Part shown: positions 23,617-35,600 of the stretch, one piece after another | Layout: every line of letters begins with the position of its first letter | Position numbering within the stretch: position 1 is the stretch's first letter | DNA from: Macrostomum hystrix | Lineage: Eukaryota; Animalia; Platyhelminthes | Length of the DNA: 64,000 nt | Direction: 5' to 3' | Assembly: GCA_950097015.1 (NCBI GenBank) | Contig: CATNEN010000001.1 | Coordinates: 19,220,001 to 19,284,000, forward strand | Notes under the pieces: generated by a model | Seen by the model: only the letters and a program-made list of their open reading frames with translations | Database searches by the model: none | What the model was told of the DNA's origin: nothing | Program-made: the position numbers and the translations under genes

Positions 23617-23664
23617 GTACTTTTGAGTCGATGCTATGCTCTGATAGACCCCTTGTACGCCATC

Positions 23665-24652
23665 AGTTATTACCCAATCAGCAGTGAGTTATTACCCAAT
23701 CAGCAGTTAGTTATTACCCAATCAGCAGTACTTTATTGCCCAATCAGCAATGGGTCATTACCCAATCAGCAGTGAGTTATTACCCAATCAGCAGTGAGTT
23801 TTTACCCAATCAGCAGTGAGTTATTACCCAATCAGCAGTAAGTTATATTGCCCAATCAGCAGTAAGTTATATTGCCCAATCAGCAGGGAGTTATTACCCA
23901 ATCAGCAGTAAGTTATATTGCCCAATCAGCAGTAAGTTATATTGCCCAATCAGCAGTAAGTTATATTGCCCAATCAGCAGTAAGTTATATTGCCCAATCA
24001 GCAGTAAGTTATATTGCCCAATCAGCAGTAAGTTATATTGCCCAATCAGCAGTAAGTTATATTGCCCAATCAGCAGTAAGTTATATTGCCCAATCAGCAG
24101 TAAGTTATATTGCCCAATCAGCAGTAAGTTATATTGCCCAATCAGCAGGGAGTTATTACCCAATCAGCAGTAAGTTATATTGCCCAATCAGCAGTAAGTT
24201 ATATTGCCCAATCAGCAGTAAGTTATTACCTAATCAACGGTGAGTTATTACTCAATCAACGGTGAGTTATTACCCAATCAACGGTGAGTTATTACCCAAT
24301 CAACGGTGAGTTATTACCCAATCAGCAGTGAGTTATTACCCAATCAGCAGTGAGTTATTACCCAATCAGCAGTGAGTTATTACCCAATCAACGGTGAGTT
24401 ATTACCCAATCAGCAGTGAGTTATTACCCAATCAGCAGTGAGTTATTACCCAATCAGCAGTGAATTATTACCCAATCAACGGTGAGTTATTACCCAATCA
24501 ACGGTGAGTTATTACCCAATCAACGGTGAGTTATTACCCAATCAACGGTGAGTTATTACCCAATCAACGGTGAGTTATTACCCAATCAGCAGTGAGTTAT
24601 TACCCAATCAGCAGTAAGTTATTACCCAATCAGCAGGTAGTCATTACCCAGT
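23665..24652. repeat. 22/24-bp minisatellite (agttattacccaatcagcagtg / agttatattgcccaatcagcagta)
   Basis: Tandem array directly downstream of the paralog 1 stop codon. Confidence 0.95.
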
Positions 24653-25218
24653 AATTACTTGGCTAACAGTTTGTTACATGGTAATAGTTCACAGAAAAAG
24701 CAAATTAAAGCATTTAATTTCTTACGATGAGATGACATATCGTTTATGACATAGGCTATTTAATAATTGTCGAAGTTGTATCTTAGGGACGCAATTCTGA
24801 TCGCGATTTACCTTTCAAAATTATTCTTGCTTATTACATTTATCTGGCAATTTTCTATATTTACATTTTCATAGTGCTAACATGGCTGATATAGCTTTTT
24901 TACATTACAGTTGCATTACTCAAAGAAAAAGTATTTATAAATCATTTGTGTTAAAACTTATTTTTCACAATATTACGCATGCTACTAAATGATGTTTAAC
25001 GAATTTTTTTAAAGCAAAGCTACTTGTAGTTCCGCAAATTTTACATTTTTTAAATTTGTTCTTGCCTTTTCTAACAACAAAGCAATACTTTCTTACAAAA
25101 TGCGCCGCTGGGTTACTTGCCTACATGCGCGAATTCGTTTCGTTCTGTGCTACGTTTTTATTCCATGACTTCTGTAAAACAATTTCAATGCCAAATTAGC
25201 CTTCGGCGTCAGGTCGGT

Positions 25219-26480
25219 AAGGTCAGGTGGAGAAGAGGTCAGCTGGAGTAAAGGTCAGGTGGAGAAGGTCAGGTGGGTACAGGTCAGGTGGAGTAAAGGT
25301 CAGGTGGGTACAGGTCAGGTGGGTACAGGTCAGGTGGGTACAGGTCAGGTGGGTACAGGTCAGGTGGAGTAAAGGTCAGGTGGGTACAGGTCAGGTGGGT
25401 ACAGGTCAGGTGGGTACAGGTCTGGTGGGTACAGGTCAGGTGGAGAAGGTCAGGTGGGTACAGGTCAGGTGGAGTAAAGGTCAGGTGGAGAAGGTCAGTT
25501 GGGTACAGGTCAGGTGGAGAAGGTCAGGTGGGTACAGGTCAGGTGGAGTAAAGGTCATGTGGAGAAGGTCAGGTGGGTACAGGTCAGGTGGAGTAAAGGT
25601 CAGGTGGAGAAGGTCAGGTGGGTACAGGTCAGGTGGAGTAAAGGTCAGGTGGAGAAGGTCAGGTGGGTACAGGTCAGGTGGAGTAAAGGTCAGGTGGAGA
25701 AGGTCAGGTGGGTACAGGTCAGGTGGAGTAAAGGTCATGTGGAGAAGGTCAGGTGGGTACAGGTCATGTGGAGAAGGTCAGGTGGGTACAGGTCAGGTGG
25801 AGTAAAGGTCAGGTGGAGAAGGTCAGTTGGGTACAGGTCAGGTGGAGAAGGTCAGGTGGGTACAGGTCAGGTGGAGTAAAGGTCAGGTGGAGAAGGTCAG
25901 GTGGGTACAGGTCAGGTGGAGTAAAGGTCAGGTGGAGAAGGTCAGGTGGGTACAGGTCAGGTGGAGTAAAGGTCATGTGGAGAAGGTCAGGTGGGTACAG
26001 GTCATGTGGAGAAGGTCAGGTGGGTACAGGTCAGGTGGAGTAAAGGTCAGGTGGAGAAGGTCAGGTGGGTACAGGTCAGGTGGAGTAAAGGTCATGTGGA
26101 GAAGGTCAGGTGGGTAAAGGTCATGTGGAGAAGGTCAGGTGGGTACAGGTCAGGTGGAGTAAAGGTCAGGTGGAGAAGGTCAGTTGGGTACAGGTCAGGT
26201 GGAGAAGGTCAGGTGGGTACAGGTCAGGTGGAGTAAAGGTCAGGTGGAGAAGGTCAGGTGGAGAAGGTCAGGTGGGTACAGGTCAGGTGGAGTAAAGGTC
26301 AGGAGGAGAAGGTCAGGTGGAGAAGGTCAGGTGGAGAAGGTCAGGTGGGTACAGGTCAGGTGGAGTAAAGGTCAGGAGGAGAAGGTCAGGTGGAGAAGGT
26401 CAGGTGGAGAAGGTCAGGTGGAGTAAAGGTCAGGAGGAGAAGGTCAGGTGGAGAAGGTCAGTTGGGTACAGGTCAGATGA
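25219..26480. repeat. 14/15-bp minisatellite (aggtcaggtgg + aga/gtac/agta)
   Basis: Tandem array; probably the first (5' UTR) intron of paralog 2. Confidence 0.95.
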
Positions 26481-26625
26481 GTTAGGAAAGTGAGGGAGGT
26501 AATTTTAGGCCACGTCAGGTCAGGCCAAAGCAGTTAAGCGGTAATGGGTCTAATAAGTCTGCTTGCTTGTATTCCAGCACTTCCAAAACTACTGCAGCAC
26601 TACATCGTTCCTCTAAATCAGTCGA

Positions 26626-29600
26626 ATGTTTCCGAACTATCGATTCGCTGACTCGACGCACCTGTTGTGCAATGTTGTCTATCCTATCACGAATCAAGAT
26701 GCGGACTGTCAGCTTGTTGAAGGCTGGTCAGATGAGCTGGCTCACGGTAAGAAGATCAATTAAAAAATAATGCCCTCTATTGCCACTGCCCCCTTCTCCT
26801 GTGACCTCTTACCCCTGCCCATGATGTATATTACCCCTACTCCTGTAACCTCTTACCCCTGCCCATGATGTGTAATACCCCTACTCCTGTAACCTCTTAC
26901 CCCTGCCCATGATGTGTAATACCCCTACTCCTGTAACCTCTTACCCCTGCCCATGATGTGTAATACCCCTACTCCTGTAACCTCTTACCCCTGCCCATGA
27001 TGTGTAATACCCCTACTCCTGTAACCTCTTACCCCTGCCCATGATGTGTAATACCCCTACTCCTGTAACCTCTTACCCCTGCCCATGATGTGTAATACCC
27101 CTACTCCTGTAACCTCTTACCCCTGCCCATGATGTGTAATACCCCTACTCCTGTAACCTCTTACCCCTGCCCATGATGTGTAATACCCCTACTCCTGTAA
27201 TCTCTTACCCCTGCCCATGATGTATATTACCCCTACTCCTGTAACCTCTTACCCCTGCCCATGATGTATATTACCCCTACTCCTGTAACCTCTTACCCCT
27301 GCCCATGATGTATATTACCCCTACTCCTGTGACCTCTTACCCCTTCCCATGATGTATATTACCCCTACTCCTGTGACCTCTTACCCCTTCCGATGATGCA
27401 TATTACCCCTACTCCTGTAACCTCTTACCCCTTCCGATGATGCATATTACCCCTACTCCTGTAACCTCTTACCCCTTCCGATGATGCATATTACCCCTAC
27501 TCCTGTGACCTCTTACTCCTTCCCATGATGTATATTACCCCTACTCCTGTGACCTCTTACTCCTTCCCATGATGTATATTACCCCTACTCCTGTGACCTC
27601 TTACCCCTGCCCATGATGTATATTACCCCTACTCCTGTGACCTCTTACCCCTGCCCATGATGTATATTACCCCTACTCCTGTGACCTCTTACCCCTTCCG
27701 ATGATGTATATTACCCCATACTCATTCAGTTGTTGCCCTATTCCATCTAGCTTATCACAGTCATTAGGGATTTTACCCTCATTGTGTTACTACACGCAGA
27801 CGGTTTTGACGTCACCGATGTCGACGCCTACCTCGAGCGTCGCAACCGGATCGCAGCCGCCAGACAGCGGTACATAAATGGATTCGTTGGTTCCAACGAT
27901 TCTTCGCCTACAGTGGATGTTGACACCAGTCCCAGTTTTGCTGACGCTGCTGGCACTGCTATCTGCTCGCCAGCCAGTGTCGATACTGACTGCTCAGTCT
28001 CCGGGCCAGTCAGCGCCACTTCAAATGCACGCAGCGGCAGCTGGGGCCTTTCAAATCCGGTTAGATCTTTTGGCTCTGCATTTGGCACTTCGATGCTTGG
28101 CGCTGCGACTTCAAGTTCAAAGATCGCGATGAGTTTTGAAGCCACTAACAGTGCTGCGACTGCGGCGCCGTCCTTTGTTGCCACAGTTGCGGCAACATCA
28201 AAGGAATCGACTGCTCAAACTAGTGTTTCATCTGTTGCGGCAACATCAAAGGAACCGACTGCTCAAACCAGTGTTTCATCTGTTGCGGCAACATCAAAGG
28301 AACCGACTGCTCAAACCAGTGTTTCATCTGTTGCGGCAACATCAAAGGAACCGACTGCTCAAACCAGTGTTTCATCTGTTGCGGCAACATCAAAGGAACC
28401 GACTGCGCAAAGCAGTGTTTCATCTGTTGCGGCAACATCAAAGGAACCGACTGCGAAAAGCAGTGTTTCATCTGTTGCGGCAACATCAAAGGAACCGACT
28501 GCTCAAACCAGTGTTTCATCTGTTGCGGCAACATCAAAGGAACCGACTGCTCAAACCAGTGTTTCATCTGTTGCGGCAACATCAAAGGAACCGACTGCTC
28601 AAACCAGTGTTTCATCTGTTGCGGCAACATCAAAGGAACCGACTGCTCAAACCAGTGTTTCATCTGTTGCGGCAACATCAAAGGAACTGACTGCGCAAAC
28701 CAGTGATTCATCCGTTGCGGCAACATCAAAGGAACTGACTGCGCAAACCAGTGATTCATCCGTTGCGGCAACATCAAAGGATGTGACTGGGCAAATGAGG
28801 TTTTTACCTACATCAAAGGAAGCTTCGTCAGCTGCCGCAACATTAAAAGAGACGACTCAACAGGCTTTGATTACCATCGTTTCGGCATCATCCAAGGATA
28901 TTGGTATGCGAAATACAGAAAAATCACTTTCTGAAACATCAAAGGATACGACTAAGCAACCCAACGTTTCATCGGTTGTGGCATCATCAATGACCCTTGC
29001 TACCTCTGCGACTGGATCAAAGACACCGAACGCTACGGCTCCTGTTCTATCTACTGCGGCTGCATCAAAGACACCGAACGCTACGGCTCCTGTTCTGTCT
29101 ACAGAGGCTGCATCAAAGGCACCGACCGCTACGGCTCCTGTTCTATTTACTGATGCTGCATCAAAGGCACAGACCGCTACGGCTCCTGTTCTATCTACTG
29201 CGGCTGCATCAAAGACACCGACCGCTACGGCTCCTGTTCTGTCTACTGATGCTGCATCAAAGACACCGACCGCTACGGCTCCTGTTCTGTCTACAGAGGC
29301 TGCATCAAAGGCACCGACCGCTACGGCTCCTGTTCTGTCTACTGCGGCTGCATCAAAGACACCGACCGCTACGGCTCCTGTTCTGTCTACAGAGGCTGCA
29401 TCAAAGACACCGACCGCTACGGCTCCTGTTCTGTCTACAGAGGCTGCATCAAAGGCACCGACCGCTACGGCTCCTGTTCTGTCTACAGAGGCTGCATCAA
29501 AGGCACCGACCGCTACGGCTCCTGTTCTATCTACTGATGCTGCATCAAAGGCACCGACCGCTACGGCTCCTGTTCTATCAACTGATGCTGCATCAAAGGC

Positions 29601-32600
29601 ACCGACCGCTACAGCTACTGTTCTATCTACTGATGCTGTATCAAAGACACAGACCACTACAACTTTAAGTACATATTCTGCGGCTGCATCAAAATCTGCA
29701 GCTCCAGCTCCACCATCTGCTTCGACCATATCAACAGCTTCGCCTACTGTGCCATTGCTTGCTCCCGCTCGTGCTATATCCATTACGACTGCATCAAACG
29801 TGCTGCACGCACCACTCGCTTCTCCATCTGTTGCGGCTTCATCAAAGGCACCGCCCGCGACACCCGCTTCCTTATCTGCAGCAGCTACATCAAAGGCACC
29901 GCCCGCGACACCCGCTTCGCCAGCTGTAGCAGCTATATCAAAGGCACCGCCTGTGACACCCGCTTCGCCAGCTGTAGCAGCTATATCAAAGGCACCGCCT
30001 GCGACACCCGCTTCGCCAGCTGTAGCAGCTACATCAAAGGCACCGCCTGCGACACCCGCTTTGCCAGCTGTAGCAGCTACATCAAAGGCACCGCCTGCGA
30101 CACCCGCTTTGCCAGCTGTAGCAGCTACATCAAAGGCACCGCCCGCGGCACCCGCTTCGCCAGCTGTAGCAGCTATATCAAAGGCACCGCCTGCGACACC
30201 CGCTTCGCCAGCTGTAGCAGCTACATCAAAGGCACCGCCTGCGACACCCGCTTTGCCAGCTGTTGCAGCTACATCAAAGGCACCGCCTGCGACACCCGCT
30301 TTGCCAGCTGTAGCAGCTACATCAAAGGCACCGCCCGCGACACCCGCTTCGCCAGCTGTAGCAGCTACATCAAAGGCACCGCCCGCGACACCCGCTTTGC
30401 CAGCTGTAGCAGCTACATCAAAGGCACCGCCCGCGACACCCGCTTCGCCAGCTGTAGCAGCTACATCAAAGGCACCGCCTGCGACACCCGCTTCGCCAGC
30501 TGTAGCAGCTAAATCAAAGGCACCGCCCGCGACACCCGCTTCGCCAGCTGTAGCAGCTACATCAAAGGCACCGCCTTTAAAATCCTCTACTGCATCGGAA
30601 GCAGCTAAATCAAAGGCACCGCCAGCAAAGTCCCCTGCTACATCTGTAGCGGCTTCATCAAAAGTGCCGTCAGAGCCAGTCTCAACCAGCAGCTCAGCGA
30701 GCAGCAGCGACTGCCCGCCCGCTTGCATGGATGAAGCTGACGATGCAGAATTCCTAACAATGGACTCCGAAGATTCGCTACAGCCGCCTGTTTTGTCTTT
30801 GACCGCATCTTCGCCAGCCTTGTCCACCGGGTCGACTCGGGAGTCGACAACAAATAAAAAGAGAAAGAAGAAATCTTCTGATAAAGCCAAAAAGCGTACG
30901 AGGAGTGCTTCGCCGGACATGTCAACTGAAAGTGACTTATCTGACGCGTCACGGCCTGAGTCCACGGACCAGCTTCAAAATCAGTTTGGCACTGTTACAG
31001 CTGATGGTATGCCACACTTTCGCCAAGCAATGCATCAACTGGAATTCTCGTTTCTAATCGGCGCTGATGCTTTCAATTCTCTGCTAGAAATGGACTTTAC
31101 CACTGCGGTGAGCAGGCGCATCATCATTTTAATACCAATGTTATTTGCAATAGAAATGCACCGAAAGGCAATTCTGCCGGCTCTTGAATTAACACACTTG
31201 CGTGTTGTACACTCTGTGCCAGGGGTCCGCTAACTTATCAGCTAGCGGGCCAGCCAGACAACCTAAAAGACGACAGCGGGCCGCATCGTCTGTAGAAATA
31301 TGAGATAGGGGAGAGATGAGACAAATGAGACGTGAGACGGGGGAGAGATAAGTCAGGCTAGAGATGAGACACAGGTGACAGGATAGATAAGACACAGGAG
31401 AGTGAGACACAGGAGAGTGAGACACAGGAGAGTGAGACACGGGAGAGATGAGACACGGGAGAGTGAGACACGGGAGAGTGAGACACGGGAGAGTGAGACA
31501 CGGGAGAGATGAGACACGGGAGAGTGAGACACGGGAGAGATGAGACACGGGAGAGTGAGACACGGGAGAGTGAGACACGGGAGAGTGAGACACGGGAGAG
31601 ATGAGACACGGGAGAGTGAGACACGGGAGAGATGAGACACGGGAGAGATGAGACACGGGAGAGTGAGACACGGGAGAGTGAGACACGGGAGAGTGAGACA
31701 CGGGAGAGTGAGACACGGGAGAGATGAGACACGGGAGAGTGAGACACGGGAGAGTGAGACACGGGAGAGATGAGACACGGGAGAGTGAGACACGGGAGAG
31801 ATGAGACACGGGAGAGTGAGACACGGTAGAGATGAGACACGGGAGAGTGAGACACGGGAGAGTGAGACACGGGAGAGTGAGACACGGGAGAGTGAGACAC
31901 GGGAGAGATGAGACACGGGAGAGTGAGACACGGGAGAGTGAGACACGGGAGAGATGAGACACGGGAGAGATGAGACACGGGAGAGTGAGACACGGGAGAG
32001 TGAGACACGGGAGAGTGAGACACGGGAGAGTGAGACACGGGAGAGATGAGACACGGGAGAGATGAGACACGGGAGAGATGAGACACGGGAGAGTGAGACA
32101 CGGGAGAGATGAGACACGGGAGAGTGAGACACGGGAGAGATGAGACACGGGAGAGTGAGACACGGGAGAGTGAGACACGGGAGAGATGAGACACGGGAGA
32201 GTGAGACACGGGAGAGTGAGACACGGGAGAGTGAGACACGGGAGAGTGAGACACGGGAGAGTGAGACACGGGAGAGATGAGACACGGGAGAGATGAGACA
32301 CGGGAGAGTGAGACACGGGAGAGTGAGACACGGGAGAGTGAGACACGGGAGAGTGAGACACGGGAGAGATGAGACACGGGAGAGATGAGACACGGGAGAG
32401 TGAGACACGGGAGAGTGAGACACGGGAGAGATGAGACACGGGAGAGTGAGACACGGGAGAGATGAGACACGGGAGAGATGAGACACGGGAGAGTGAGACA
32501 CGGGAGAGATGAGACACGGGAGAGTGAGACACGGGAGAGATGAGACACGGGAGAGTGAGACACGGGAGAGTGAGACACGGGAGAGATGAGACACGGGAGA

Positions 32601-35600
32601 GTGAGACACGGGAGAGTGAGACACGGGAGAGTGAGACACGGGAGAGATGAGACACGGGAGAGTGAGACACGAGAGAGATGAGACACGGGAGAGTGAGACA
32701 CGGGAGAGATGAGACACGGGAGAGATGAGACACGGGAGAGTGAGACACGGGAGAGATGAGACACGGGAGAGATGAGACACGGGAGAGTGAGACACGGGAG
32801 AGATGAGACACGGGAGAGATGAGACACGGGAGAGATGAGACACGGGAGAGTGAGACACGGGAGAGTGAGACACGGGAGAGTGAGACACGGGAGAGATGAG
32901 ACACGGGAGAGTGAGACACGGGAGAGTGAGACACGGGAGAGTGAGACACGGGAGAGTGAGACACGGGAGAGATGAGACACGGGAGAGATGAGACACGGGA
33001 GAGTGAGACACGGGAGAGATGAGACACGGGAGAGATGAGACACGGGAGAGTGAGACACGGGAGAGATGAGACACGGGAGAGTGAGACACGGGAGAGTGAG
33101 ACACGGGAGAGTGAGACACGGGAGAGATGAGACACGGGAGAGTGAGACACGGGAGAGTGAGACACGGGAGAGTGAGACACGGGAGAGTGAGACACGGGAG
33201 AGATGAGACACGGGAGAGTGAGACACTGGAGAGATGAGACACGGGAGAGTGAGACACGGGAGAGATGAGACACGGGAGAGATGAGACACGGGAGAGTGAG
33301 ACACGGGAGAGATGAGACACGGGAGAGATGAGACACGGGAGAGATGAGACACGGGAGAGATGAGACACGGGAGAGTGAGACACGGGAGAGTGAGACACGG
33401 GAGAGATGTGACAGCGCAGAGAATATCGGAAGAGGGAAAATCGGGGAGGCAGGGGAGAATGGGGTAAGACTGGGGAAAATTTGGGAAGAGGAGGAAAATG
33501 GGAGAATATAGCAGAGGATTGGGGAAGACAGCGGGATAATTGGGAAACACATTGAAGAATCGGAGAAGACCGTAAAGGATTCGGTAGACAGGGTAGAATT
33601 AGGAATTAGCGAGCCTCAAATGGATGTGGCCTCACCGCGGAATCGAACCCAGGGAACATTGTGCGAGATTTAGACACGTCAACCGCTCCTCCCCTCATGT
33701 CAATCCGTTGATTATTTGCAGAGTCGAATCGGATCATCGGATCGGACCAAAGGAGCAAGCGGAGTGCGCATCAAATATAATAAATTTGACGGAATTGAAT
33801 ACATTAGCGATGACGACAGGTCGGTGGACATTGACGACTGCGTGATGGACGCCGACGGAGCTGCCGATGACGACATACTGATGTGCTTCCCGGAGCAGAA
33901 TGAAACTCATTTTAGCCTGGGAAACTTTTTGGCCTATCCGGTTGCGATCAAGACTGAAGAAGCTTGTTCCACTTCCGCTGCTGCTGCTCCTGATGCCGCA
34001 TTTGCTGATTCGCAGCAGCGGCAGCAGCAGCAGCAGCCAGATGAGCAAAGCATCTACAGAACTGAATACATTGAGAGGGCCAGCTTCAGGATTGAGCGAA
34101 CAAATCTAGCCGTAGATTTCGTTTATCACTGCCTTGACTGCTACCAGTTTGAGGCGTCTATCGAGTCTGCAGCCGATCACTGGCAGTCCAGCGGCAAGGG
34201 GCATCTGCTGCTCCCGCTTCCCATTGTATCGGTTGACGGACTGCAAAACTTCGGTGTCCTGCGACCGGGTCGGTTCGACAGCATCAGCGCGCTCAAATCA
34301 AGCGGCGTGGCTTCCCTGCCGAAGCTTGTCACCGCCACCTGCTCCGAGTGCACCGTTTCCTCCTTGCTGCGGATGATCCCCGATGTCGGCTCTGACAGCA
34401 CGACCAGCTCCAACTCCTTCATCAAGTTCGTAGTGATTGTTGCCCTTGCCTGTGTAGTCCATTACCCCTGCCTGTGTAGTCCATTACCCCTGCCTGTGTA
34501 GTCCATTACCCCTGCCTGTGTAGTCTATTACCCCTGCCTGTGTAGTCTATTACCCCTGCCTGTGTAGTCTATTACCCCTGCCTGTGTAGTCTATTACCCC
34601 TGCCTGTGTAGTCTATTACCCCTGCCTGTGTAGTCCATTACCCCTGCCTGTGTAGTCTATTACCCCTGCCTGTGTAGTCTATTACCCCTGCCTGTGTAGT
34701 CCATTACCCCTGCCTGTGTAGTCTATTACCCCTGCCTGTGTAGTCTATTACCCCTGCCTGTGTAGCTATTACCCCTGCCTGTGTAGTCTATTACCCCTTC
34801 CTGTGTAGTCTATTACCCCTGCCTGTGTAGTCTATTACCCCTGCCTGTGTAGTCTATTCCCCTGCCTGTGTAGTCTATTACCCTACCCTGCCCTTTTCTA
34901 TTACCGCTTTCTGTCTTGCCTATTGGCACTTCAAGCCAGCAACACCGGCACTCTTATTCGCAGGCTCCTAAGTCACGTGATGCGCGCTCACCCAATCAAG
35001 CGCGGCTGCGGCGCTGCTCCACTGTTCACTCTGGCAGTCTCTGGACAAATTACCGGCAGCATCTCTCACCTGCCGACTGCCGCGTTTCCAGTCCTACCCG
35101 CTAACTCGGACTCAATCTGCCACCTGCTCAAACGGATCTACCAGTTTCTAGGCACCCAGTTTGCTGTGCCACTCAGCTCTATTACAATGTGTTCTCAGCA
35201 GTCGCCAGGTCCTATTCTAGATGAGAGCGCTGGCTATGCGTCCGTGAATCACCTGTCTGACATGTTCGTCTTCGCCTGCGCCAATTGCGAGGATGTCAAG
35301 GACAGAAGTCTGGCTGAGAATTCTGACCGAATCATCGCTGCCAAGTGCTGCTATCAACCCCGCATCGTGCTGCTGCCAATCACCATTGAGGTGCCTACAT
35401 GACTTATTCAGCCCTGTCTTACCAAGGGGAGAATTTCCCCCCGGGAGAATCGGAGAAGACCGTTGAGGTTTGGGGTAGAATGTCCCCCCTGTCTCCCTGA
35501 TTTTCTCCCTTCCGATGTTCTCCACTGTTTTCCACAATTCTCCCCTTTCTTCCCTAATTCTACCCGTGTTTCCCAATTCTGTCCCGTGTTTCCCAATTCT

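Noticed and set aside
17661-26426. Many short MGRFSWEW, QSAVSYIA and VQVRW ORFs
   Set aside because: Translations of intronic or intergenic minisatellites whose mixed unit lengths shift frames.
28857-30965. 702-aa minus-strand Gly/Ala ORF
   Set aside because: Antisense of the coding 48-bp arrays; the plus frame splices in phase to exons conserved with the paralog.
27784-31233. Stand-alone 1149-aa mucin or cell-wall protein
   Set aside because: Starts at GTG in intron sequence, has no signal peptide, and is bounded by splice sites at 27800 and 31107; it is an internal exon.
31189-33552. 680-790-aa minus-strand ORFs (VSHSP/CLTLP)
   Set aside because: Artefact of a stop-free 15/16-bp repeat lying within a phase-consistent intron of the plus-strand gene.
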